NCBI GenBank assembly: GCA_002773335.1
Contig: PFBH01000014.1
Location: 8,023-72,022 of the forward strand
DNA length: 64,000 bases
Direction of reading: 5' to 3'
From: Candidatus Kaiserbacteria bacterium CG10_big_fil_rev_8_21_14_0_10_45_20
GTDB taxonomy: Bacteria; Patescibacteriota; Minisyncoccia; Phycocordibacterales; Phycocordibacteraceae
The stretch's first letter is position 1. Every line of letters begins with the position of its first letter. A program made the position numbers and the translations under genes. Below the pieces are notes generated by a model, which worked only from the letters and a program-made list of their open reading frames with translations, did no database searches and had not been told where the DNA came from. This document shows, in pieces, positions 39,444-47,873 of the stretch.

Positions 39444-42311
39444 ATGAAATCGCCAGACGGAGGCAAGCAGTCGCCAGAACATCAACTTAATAAACTGCGA
39501 GAGCAGGCGCGTTCCGGAGGAGGGGGCGGTGGATACAGACCTCAAAAAGTAGGAGGGAGCGATTTTTCAATTACCCCACAGGCAGAGCCAAAACAGGAGA
39601 CCTCGCTTTCACCGGAAGGAGGCGAGGGTGTGGTGTTGGATTTGGTGCCTGATGCTAACGACAAGGATATGGAAGAGCTCCTCGATATCCTCAACACACA
39701 GGGATTCTCGGCGGTAATGAAAGAGCTGGACAGGATAGACAATCCCCATTTAGAGGACGACTTTCACCGACTGCTCGTGCAATACAAGTCCGAGGGGCAC
39801 CCCATCCCCGGATTGAACCCCAAAGACCCGCTTGCAAAAGCACTCGATTTTATATTGCTTGAGGTTTCTGTCCCCGTGATAGCAAAAGAGAAAGGAGGCT
39901 CACTGAAAGACATACTGCAACAAATGGAGCAGTTTTACTTGGCAGTCACCCCGTTTGTGTACCACCCCGACCCAATCTTTTTTAAAGATTTTGCAAAACG
40001 AAAGGTAAATCACCAAGACCACTTTACGGTTGAGGTTGCGGTAACACAGGGTGGAGAAGAGGCGGTTTTTTATATTGCGACCCACCGCGCTCGGAGAGAG
40101 AATGTTGAAAAGCAGTTGCTCTCGGTATTCCCTTCGGCGCGTATCGTAGAAGAGAAGAACGACAACAACATATTCAATCAGTTTGGCTCTGTTTCTTTTT
40201 CATATGGGACACTATTTCGTCCTCCGCCATACCCACTCAAAACAGAAGGGTTTGACTACGACCCAATGAACCTCATACTAGCAGCGCTTGCCAAGGTGTC
40301 AAAAGAAGGAGAGGGGGCTGCGATACAGATATCGGTTGCCGGGGCTGGTGAGTATCACCTCAAGCGTTTTCGAGAAATGTTGAACGAAATCAAAAAGGGA
40401 AAGGTGAAGGCAACCAAGCTGTTTCAAAAACATAAGTACCTCAAAAAGCACCCACTGTGGCGACGTCTCCTCCCTATGTTCAGAGATGATTTTCAGAATT
40501 TTTTAAAATCGGCAGAACAAAAGAAAAAAGAGGGTGAAAAAACTGAGGTGGATGCTGATACCGTGGCGCAGATACAAAAAAAGATGAAGTCGGTTATATT
40601 CGGCGTCAATATCCGACTGGTTACCTCGGCGCGAACAAAAGAACGTTCTGAAGCATTATTGAAAGACCTCGAGGCGTCGTTTGGTCAATTTGAGGATCCG
40701 GTTGGAAACGTTTTCAAGTTTAGACGCCCTAAAACAAAAAAAGCCGAGAGAGACTTTATCCGCTCGTTTATATTTCGTACTTTTGATAGGGCTTCCGACG
40801 AACGCTTTTGGCCACAAATGTGGCGCGAGTTTATTGAAGCTCCGTTGTTTGGAAAGATGCCGGTTGAGATGTCGTACGGCTCTCCCGTTAACCTGCTCAA
40901 CGCTCCAGAGTTGGCGACGGTGCTCCACTTGGCAATATCTGGCTCAACCTCTTCGCGTGAAGCAAAAACCACCAGTGCAAAGCTCGCCCCTGCGCCGGTT
41001 GGACTACCGCAAGAGGGGATACTTTTGGGGCGCAACAAATACGCAAACTCGGTCACCGACATCCACCTCTCTCCTGAGGACCGCTTGCGACACTTCTATA
41101 CCATCGGTCAAACCGGTACCGGTAAAACAAACTTCTTGAAGCAAATGATTATTCAAGACATTGAAAATGGTGACGGCGTCTGCTTCATTGACCCGCACGG
41201 CGTTGACGTACTTGATATTCTTTCGCGCATTCCAAAAGATCGCATTGACGATTTGATTTACTTTGACCCGGCGCATATGGACCGCCCTATGGGTCTCAAT
41301 ATGCTCGAGTACGACCCACGGTTTCCTGAACAGAAAACGTTTGTTGTGGACGAGATGTTTAAGATCTTTAAAAAGCTGTATGGCGATGTTCCCGAAGCGT
41401 TTGGGCCTATTTTTGAGCAGTATTTTAGAAACGCAACGCTCCTTGTTCTTGAAGACCCTGAGACAGGGTCCACCTTACTTGATATATCACGAGTCCTTTC
41501 TGATGAAGATTTCAGAGCGTTAAAGTTGTCTCGCTCTCGAAACCAGGTGGTCAATCACTTCTGGGAAGACATCGCAGAGAACGTGCGTGGAGAGGGTGAT
41601 ATAAGAAACGTGGTGCCATACATTACCTCTAAGTTTGATATCTTTTTGGCAAACGAAATTATGCGCCCTATTGTTGGGCAACAAAGAAGTGCCTTTAATT
41701 TCCAAGACATAATGGATAATAAAAAGATTCTTCTCGTAAACCTCTCAAAGGGGAGGCTCGGCGATTTGAACGCTAACCTCATCGGTTTGGTACTGGTAGG
41801 AAAGATAATGATGACCGCGCTTGCTCGTGCAAGTTACCTACACACAAACCCACCACCGTTTTATCTGTATATGGATGAGTTCCAAAACATTACCACCGAT
41901 ACCGTGTCAACCATTCTCTCTGAAGCGCGAAAGTACCGCCTCTCTCTTACCATGGCGCATCAATTTATTAAACAGTTGCAAGATGGTATATCAAACGCGG
42001 TGTTCGGTAACGTTGGCTCGATGGCGGTATTCCGTGTCGGACCTGATGACGCCGCGTTCTTAGAAAAAATGTATGTTCCAAAATTTGACTCTTCTGATAT
42101 GTTGAACGTTGATAACTATAATGCGTACATCAAAATGCTCGCGAACGGTAAACCAACATCACCATTTTCTATGGAAACAATCGCCTTTCGTTCCGGTGAT
42201 TTTGCACAGATAGATGCGTTAAAACAATTGTCATATCAACGGTATGGAAGGCCACGCAACGCCGTTGATGCTGAAATTGAAGAGAAATACAGAGGTATGC
42301 GGGGTAAGTAA
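39444..42311 (+). CDS. Soluble TraD/VirD4/TrwB-like (type IV coupling protein superfamily, FtsK/HerA clade) P-loop ATPase, 955 aa
   Basis: Walker A YTIGQTGTGKTNF. The Walker B plus arginine region (FYLYMDEFQN...RKYRLSLTMAHQ) matches the TraG/TraD C-terminal NTPase architecture. No transmembrane segments. The N-terminal 480 aa match no family I recognise. Confidence 0.55.
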   Translation: MKSPDGGKQSPEHQLNKLREQARSGGGGGGYRPQKVGGSDFSITPQAEPKQETSLSPEGGEGVVLDLVPDANDKDMEELLDILNTQGFSAVMKELDRIDNPHLEDDFHRLLVQYKSEGHPIPGLNPKDPLAKALDFILLEVSVPVIAKEKGGSLKDILQQMEQFYLAVTPFVYHPDPIFFKDFAKRKVNHQDHFTVEVAVTQGGEEAVFYIATHRARRENVEKQLLSVFPSARIVEEKNDNNIFNQFGSVSFSYGTLFRPPPYPLKTEGFDYDPMNLILAALAKVSKEGEGAAIQISVAGAGEYHLKRFREMLNEIKKGKVKATKLFQKHKYLKKHPLWRRLLPMFRDDFQNFLKSAEQKKKEGEKTEVDADTVAQIQKKMKSVIFGVNIRLVTSARTKERSEALLKDLEASFGQFEDPVGNVFKFRRPKTKKAERDFIRSFIFRTFDRASDERFWPQMWREFIEAPLFGKMPVEMSYGSPVNLLNAPELATVLHLAISGSTSSREAKTTSAKLAPAPVGLPQEGILLGRNKYANSVTDIHLSPEDRLRHFYTIGQTGTGKTNFLKQMIIQDIENGDGVCFIDPHGVDVLDILSRIPKDRIDDLIYFDPAHMDRPMGLNMLEYDPRFPEQKTFVVDEMFKIFKKLYGDVPEAFGPIFEQYFRNATLLVLEDPETGSTLLDISRVLSDEDFRALKLSRSRNQVVNHFWEDIAENVRGEGDIRNVVPYITSKFDIFLANEIMRPIVGQQRSAFNFQDIMDNKKILLVNLSKGRLGDLNANLIGLVLVGKIMMTALARASYLHTNPPPFYLYMDEFQNITTDTVSTILSEARKYRLSLTMAHQFIKQLQDGISNAVFGNVGSMAVFRVGPDDAAFLEKMYVPKFDSSDMLNVDNYNAYIKMLANGKPTSPFSMETIAFRSGDFAQIDALKQLSYQRYGRPRNAVDAEIEEKYRGMRGK

Positions 42312-42557
42312 AAACGTCTGCTCCTCCCATCTCCATAGCAGAGCTGTGAGGCGTTGGGCGAGCAGAACCGGGCGTTTTTGCTGGGATAGGTGCGTCCCGC
42401 CTGCGCTACGCCGTCGGCTTTGGCAGGGCGAGCCGGACGCACTCACCGAACCCGCATACCACTCTCAAGAGCGGTGCGGGATTCAGGGCGACAATTCACC
42501 CTCTTCGCCTTGCTTCGGGCGCTCTTGTCGTCCACCAGTAGATACGTGCTACACTAG

Positions 42558-43169
42558 ATGGCGATGGATATAAAAATAGAACAATCTCTGGTTATTATAA
42601 AGCCAGATGGAGTACAGCGATCGCTTATAGGTGAAATTATTAAACGGTATGAACGTGTTGGCTTAAAAATGGTCGCGCTCAAAATGGTTATTCCATCTGA
42701 AGAGCAGTCAAAAGCTCACTATATGGTGGGAGGAGAAGAGTGGCTTGTTGCGGTAGGAGAAAAGGCCGCCGCCGCGTACGCAAAAAAGGGAGAGAAGTCT
42801 CCATACGCGACCCCTCGTGAAAACGGGCTCGCTATTTTGGCCGCAAATACAAAATATTTAGCCTCTGGTCCGGTTATTGCAATGGTGTGGCAGGGGCATC
42901 AGGCGATAGGGCTCATTCGCAAGATAACAGGAAGCACAGAACCTCTTTCAAGCGACGTAGGGACTATTCGGGGAGACTTTACCCTCGACTCGTACCAACT
43001 TGCCGATACGGGAGACAGGTCTATCCGAAATCTTATTCACGCGTCAGGCGAAGTAGAAGAAGCAAAGAAAGAAATTGCTATCTGGTTTTCTCCGGAAGAA
43101 ATTTTAAGTTACCGCTTGATTGCAGAGCAAATTTTGTACGACGTGAACCTTGACGGCATCTTAGAGTAG
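42558..43169 (+). CDS. ndk: Nucleoside diphosphate kinase (with insertions)
   Basis: SLVIIKPDGV and HASG catalytic His region. Confidence 0.75.
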   Translation: MAMDIKIEQSLVIIKPDGVQRSLIGEIIKRYERVGLKMVALKMVIPSEEQSKAHYMVGGEEWLVAVGEKAAAAYAKKGEKSPYATPRENGLAILAANTKYLASGPVIAMVWQGHQAIGLIRKITGSTEPLSSDVGTIRGDFTLDSYQLADTGDRSIRNLIHASGEVEEAKKEIAIWFSPEEILSYRLIAEQILYDVNLDGILE

Positions 43170-43437
43170 TGTTCGGTTTTATCTTATACACAAAGAATGT
43201 GTATAGTCTGGCTGATGCAGGTGGTACTCTTTAAGTAGGGTTATTGGCATCATTAACTCTAATTAAAGTTCTTAAAAGGGAGTCTTACATCGTCTGCATT
43301 TGGGGAATTTCCGTTTACGGAATACCGATAGTGACAGATTGCGGACACCCACCTAAATATTTTTAGGTTAATGAGAACCCGGTAACCCTCCTAAAAAACC
43401 CCGCTCCGGCGGGATTTTTTAATGGTTAAATGTAGGT

Positions 43438-43818
43438 ATGAAAAGAGACCGAATAGTAAGTGGTGTGAGCATACTTGCCTTGGCAGTCGTTATGACAGCT
43501 CTGCACCTCGGTGCTTATCGTTACTCGCTTTACTTCACGGTTGAGTGGTTTGATATGATGATGCACTTCTTAGGAGGGTTTCTTGTTGGCTCAAGTATTG
43601 GCTGGCTTCTGCGCTTTGAAGTACCGATTGGTTTGCGTTCACTACTGCCAACATTTTGGATAATTATTATCGGGGTTTTAAGTGTGGCGCTTGCGTGGGA
43701 GGCGTTTGAACTTGTAGCAGGAATTGCGCCATCAATCGGGTATCAAAAAGACACTATTGAAGATATAATGTTAGGGCTTATAGGAGCTGTTGTTGCATAT
43801 GGGATATTCAAAAAATAA
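43438..43818 (+). CDS. Small integral membrane protein (about 4 TM), unknown function
   Basis: Hydrophobic profile only. Confidence 0.35.
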   Translation: MKRDRIVSGVSILALAVVMTALHLGAYRYSLYFTVEWFDMMMHFLGGFLVGSSIGWLLRFEVPIGLRSLLPTFWIIIIGVLSVALAWEAFELVAGIAPSIGYQKDTIEDIMLGLIGAVVAYGIFKK

Positions 43819-45196
43819 ATCAGCGTCAATTACGTTTGTGCGAGGAGCACGTCAGGTAACGGGCTCTAATTTTTTACTCACCGTGCAGGCTCAAAATGGA
43901 AAGAAGGTAAACGTTCTTGTTGATTGCGGACTGACGCAAGGTGCCCGTTTTTGTGAATCCAAAAACAGTGTACCGTTTCCGTACACTGCATCAGAGATTG
44001 ACGCAGTGTTTGTTACACACGCGCATGCCGACCATATAGGACTGCTTCCAAAGTTACTTAAAGAGGGATTTGACGGACCTATCTACACAACAGCACCCAC
44101 AAAAGACCTCATTCCGATAATGTTAGAAGACAGCGTAACCCTCATTAACAGAGAGGCGAAGTCGTGCAACGAAGATCCTCCGTACTCAAAAGAGGACGTG
44201 GTAAATGTAAGCAAAAAGCTTACTGAAGTTGCGTACAGGCAAACAGTAGATATCGCTCCAGAGTTTTCGTGTACCGTATACAATGCAGGGCACATTGTCG
44301 GCTCTGCCACGTTTCTTTTTGATATTTCAGGAACTCGTATACTTTTTACGGGTGATTTAGGTCGGCGTGACGCCATACTGGTGCCCGAGAGAGATATTCC
44401 ACCGCACCCGATTCATTACTTGGTCACCGAGAGTGTGTATGGAAACAGAGTGCACGAAGACGGCGAGGCGAGTGAAATTGATCTTCAGAACGCTATTTCG
44501 TGGGTTCATAAAAAAAACGGAGTGCTCCTCATTCCGGCATTCTCGCTTGAACGGACCCAAATTATTTTAAGCCTCCTTCAAAAACTGATAGAGACAAAAA
44601 AAGTTCCACCAATTCCGGTGTATATGGACTCTCCCTTGGCAGCTAAGGTGACCGAGGTGTATCGGTCTCACCCAGATTTTTTAATTGACGAAGTAAAGCA
44701 AGATATACAGAAAGGAGGTGATCCGTTCTCGTTCCCTTTACTTACCGTTACGCAAAGCAAAGAAGAGTCTGAAGAGGCCCTTCGTGCCTCTACCCCAAAG
44801 GTTATTATCGCCGGCGCCGGTATGAGCCATGGAGGAAGGATTCGAACCCATGAGGCCGAGTTTTTGCCTGATGACACCACATTACTGCTCTTGGTAGGGT
44901 ACCAAACCCCCGGATCTTTAGGGCGTCGACTGAAAGATGGTGCAAAGAAGGTAAAAATAAACTGGAAAGACGTCAAGGTGCGGGCAGTCGTGCGTTCAAC
45001 GGGAGGTTTTTCTGCCCACGCCGACAGAGATGACTTGGTAAGTTTCGCGGAGGCGGTTGCCCCTCAAAAAGCATTTGTTGTATTAGGAGAGATGGAATCT
45101 GCTTCATTTCTTGCGCAACGCATTTCTGGGTTTTTAGGTATTGAAGCCGACATACCGCAAGAGGGAGAGGTGGTAGATATTCCACTTATTGGATAA
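43790..45196 (+). CDS. MBL-fold beta-CASP family ribonuclease (RNase J/CPSF-like)
   Basis: VFVTHAHADHIG (HxHxDH) and beta-CASP motifs (LVTESVYG, GFSAHAD). Confidence 0.7.
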   Translation: MLHMGYSKNKSASITFVRGARQVTGSNFLLTVQAQNGKKVNVLVDCGLTQGARFCESKNSVPFPYTASEIDAVFVTHAHADHIGLLPKLLKEGFDGPIYTTAPTKDLIPIMLEDSVTLINREAKSCNEDPPYSKEDVVNVSKKLTEVAYRQTVDIAPEFSCTVYNAGHIVGSATFLFDISGTRILFTGDLGRRDAILVPERDIPPHPIHYLVTESVYGNRVHEDGEASEIDLQNAISWVHKKNGVLLIPAFSLERTQIILSLLQKLIETKKVPPIPVYMDSPLAAKVTEVYRSHPDFLIDEVKQDIQKGGDPFSFPLLTVTQSKEESEEALRASTPKVIIAGAGMSHGGRIRTHEAEFLPDDTTLLLLVGYQTPGSLGRRLKDGAKKVKINWKDVKVRAVVRSTGGFSAHADRDDLVSFAEAVAPQKAFVVLGEMESASFLAQRISGFLGIEADIPQEGEVVDIPLIG

Positions 45197-45238
45197 AATA
45201 AAAAAACCGAGCAGTACTCGGTTTTATTTACGGGTTTC

Positions 45239-45586
45239 TTAAGAGACTTTCTTTACAAGTCTTTCAAACGCGTCGGGGTTTTCTTTTGCAAGATCAGCAA
45301 GCACTTTTCTGTTAAGCGCAATACCTGCCTTTTTTAGTGTATCGATAAAGGTGCTGTAGTTTTTAAAACCAAGCGCGCGAACACCTGCATTAACCGAGAT
45401 AATCGCGTCAGAGCGCATAACACGCTTCTTTGCCTTTCGGTCACGAAACGCGTACTTACCTGCGTGCACAATTGCCTCTTTCGCAGCTTTCTTCTTTTTA
45501 GATCGTGCAAAACGGTACCCCTTTGTCATTGAAAGGATGTTCTTTCGTCGTTTGATTGCTTTTGGTCCTCCTTTTACGCGTGCCAT
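45239..45586 (-). CDS. rplT: 50S ribosomal protein L20
   Basis: [18 protein letters not shown]. Confidence 0.9.
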   Translation of the reverse strand: MARVKGGPKAIKRRKNILSMTKGYRFARSKKKKAAKEAIVHAGKYAFRDRKAKKRVMRSDAIISVNAGVRALGFKNYSTFIDTLKKAGIALNRKVLADLAKENPDAFERLVKKVS

Positions 45587-45626
45587 ATGTCAGTTATTAG
45601 TTGTTAGAAAAAAGTAGAATATATTA

Positions 45627-45818
45627 CTATGCTCCTGATCCGGCAAGAAATCGTGCTCGGTCTTTTGGTTTCATTTCGATTACTCGAGATCGTCGCTTTA
45701 CCGTTTTGGTTTTACGAGATTCTTTTGCGTTAAAGTGATTCTGCCCTGATTTTCGGGCAATAATCTTTCCCTTTCGAGTAACGCGTAATCGTTTTGTATA
45801 TGATTTATTTGTTTTCAT
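45627..45818 (-). CDS. rpmI: 50S ribosomal protein L35
   Basis: MKTNKSYTKRLRVTRKGKI. Confidence 0.85.
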   Translation of the reverse strand: MKTNKSYTKRLRVTRKGKIIARKSGQNHFNAKESRKTKTVKRRSRVIEMKPKDRARFLAGSGA

Positions 45819-45885
45819 ATGCTCAACATCAGGGGAGTGGTGTGCTCGAAACGAGCAAAAACCCTCTCTACTCCAGATTGGAGAT

Positions 45886-46452
45886 TTATACCATATCTGT
45901 AGGTTTTATGCCAGTTTTCTTCTCTTTTGGCGCCTTCTTTTTTCCTTCGCGCTCAAGAACGAGGTAAAAGCCTTTTGGACCCTTCTTTATATCTTCGGCA
46001 ATTTTGTATTCTTCAGGAACAAGGAGCACAAAGCGCATAAGCCGTTCTTTGAGGAAATTTTGGTCCATATACTTATATCGACCCTTCAAAAAGAGCTCTA
46101 CCTTTACTCGGTGCCCCTCACGAAGCCACTCTGCCGATTGACGAGCCTTACGGGTAAGGTCATGTTCGCCGGTCACTACCTCTACCTGTACCGCCTTTGT
46201 CTCTGTGTGGTGCGCTTTTGCTTTTACATCACGCTCTTTCTTTTTTTCTTGGTATTGAAATTTTCCATAGTCCATAATTTTGGCTATAGGAGGCTTCGCT
46301 TTAGGAGATATTTCTATAAGGTCGAGAGACGACTCTTTGGCACGACGAAGCGCCTCTTCAAGAGAGACAATGCCAATATTGTCTCCGGTGGGACCAATAA
46401 CACGAAGTTCTTGGGCTCGGATTTGTTCGTTTATTCTGGTTCTCTGTTTCAA
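45886..46452 (-). CDS. infC: Translation initiation factor IF-3
   Basis: INEQIRAQELRVIGPTGDNIGIVS and a C-terminal domain. The true start may be a non-AUG codon, as is usual for infC. Confidence 0.85.
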   Translation of the reverse strand: MKQRTRINEQIRAQELRVIGPTGDNIGIVSLEEALRRAKESSLDLIEISPKAKPPIAKIMDYGKFQYQEKKKERDVKAKAHHTETKAVQVEVVTGEHDLTRKARQSAEWLREGHRVKVELFLKGRYKYMDQNFLKERLMRFVLLVPEEYKIAEDIKKGPKGFYLVLEREGKKKAPKEKKTGIKPTDMV

Positions 46453-46495
46453 AGCGTTGTAGCGGTATTCTAACGCGTGATTGACTCTTTTACAA

Positions 46496-46549
46496 CCACC
46501 TCCACAATCACAAATACCCCTTGCGGGGTATTTGTGATTGTGGAGGTGG
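46496..46549. repeat. Perfect 25 bp-stem hairpin that also copies the last nucleotides of ssrA plus its terminator. It is a direct repeat of 46827-46879.
   Basis: CCACCTCCACAATCACAAATACCCC-TTGC-GGGGTATTTGTGATTGTGGAGGTGG. The right arm recurs exactly at 46855-46879. Confidence 0.8.
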
Positions 46550-46869
46550 AAGGTGGCGTCAGCTCACTCAGTATTTTGTTTCGCTCGATAGTTCGCTCAC
46601 AAAATACTGAGTGGCTCCTGCCCGGGCTCGTCCGTCGCAGGGCGGCATGACTCCGCCTTTCATTCCCCCACGAAAGCCAAGCAGTTGGCTTTCTCCACTG
46701 CGTTTGAAATCTGTTAAGCGCTCGCGACCCCGGCTCGGCTTTTCTCTTTCGCAGGAAAATACAACGAAAGAGAAATATACCTCCGCCCGGTTCATTCCCC
46801 ACGCACAGTGCGCAGGCACTGTGCTCCCACCACCCAATAAAAATACCCCTTGCGGGGTATTTGTGATTG

Positions 46870-47257
46870 TGGAGGTGGGGGGGAATGAACCCCCGTCCGA
46901 AAAGGGTCTTTGGGACGACTCTACAAAGCGTAGTTCTTTTTTTCACCGTGAAGTGAATTTAAGTATTAGTGTATAAAACGAACAAAAGAAGCTAATACCG
47001 AGCTCTCAATTTTCGAGAAGTTGTACGAGCAAAAAACTTCCTTATTCCGACTATATTACACCGGGTATCTCACTGTCAGAAAGAGTGAGATTCGATGCTG
47101 CTTAGGCTAAAGCGTAAGCAGGAGCACCTACGAACTGAGCGTAAGGGCTCTTAACAAGTGATTTTACACTTTGGGTTACTCGAGATTTTAGGTGTTCTCG
47201 AGCATTCACCGCTTTGCACGAAACAAAGGTGACCTTCCGTCAAAACTAGTCACCCCC
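46870..47257 (-). ncRNA. ssrA: tmRNA (ssrA), standard one-piece form
   Basis: The minus-strand 5' end GGGGGTGACTAGTTTTGACGG matches the tmRNA consensus GGGGnUGA...UUCGACGG. The 3' end GGACGGGGGTTCATTCCCCC-CACCTCC-A is a T-arm plus acceptor strand that pairs with the 5' end (one G.U pair). An internal tag reading frame ends ...GAPAYALA-TAA. A terminator hairpin follows immediately. Located just downstream of smpB. Confidence 0.8.
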
Positions 47258-47354
47258 CCACAGTATGTCCGCGTACGAACCTGTTCGTACAAGAGCTGGT
47301 ATGAAATATTCATAACAACTCTTGGCGGATATACTGTGGCCGAGCGACTAGTGC

Positions 47355-47798
47355 TTATTCTCCTTTCAATGTTCTGTCTATGTGGCGTTTCGTATCTTTT
47401 GCTTTCAATAGCGCACGTTTATCATACCTCTTTTTGTGTCGCGCTACAGCAAATTCCAACTTTACCTTCCTGTTACCATTATACCACTTTATCGGGATAA
47501 TTGTCAACCCTCTCTTCCCGTCTTGTTCTGCAAGTTCAAGAATCTCTTTTTTTGAAAGAAGCAGTCGGCGTGCCCGTTCAGGGTCGTATGATGCAGGCGT
47601 GTTCTTTTCTTGATATGGAGATATCGAAGCTCCAACCAGAAACACTTCACCTCCTCGCACTAATACACGAGCTCCAAGCAAAGAAGCTTTTCCTGCACGA
47701 ATGGCTTTTACTTCATACCCAAAAAGCTCTGCTCCTGCAGAGTACGTTTCAAGAAATTCATAGTCAAAATGCGCCTTTTTGTTTTCTACAAATGCCAT
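47355..47798 (-). CDS. smpB: SsrA-binding protein SmpB
   Basis: MAFVENKKAHFDYEFLETYSAGAELFGYEVKAIR is the conserved SmpB N-terminus. Confidence 0.9.
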   Translation of the reverse strand: MAFVENKKAHFDYEFLETYSAGAELFGYEVKAIRAGKASLLGARVLVRGGEVFLVGASISPYQEKNTPASYDPERARRLLLSKKEILELAEQDGKRGLTIIPIKWYNGNRKVKLEFAVARHKKRYDKRALLKAKDTKRHIDRTLKGE

Positions 47799-47873
47799 AC
47801 CAAACAGTGTACAACGTCATACCTGTTTACGCATTTGCCACACGCCACTGCAGTAGTTTTGGAGTTGCGCTAA

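Noticed and set aside
42312-42557. Idea that the GC-rich island is RNase P RNA
   Set aside because: Only short, partly inverted matches to conserved RNase P blocks. The length (about 245 nt) is too short and the P4 pseudoknot sequences are not both present. Left as an unidentified structured region.
42244-42573. 109 aa ORF overlapping the GC-rich intergenic island
   Set aside because: Arg/Cys/Trp-rich composition typical of a GC-rich non-coding frame. It overlaps the ndk start. The region is better explained as non-coding RNA or spacer.
46470-47000. Several 90-160 aa ORFs on both strands (46470-46946, 46568-46837, 46611-46976)
   Set aside because: They lie inside the ssrA gene and its repeat-bearing 3' flank. 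Their composition is junk-like. The tmRNA call explains the region.
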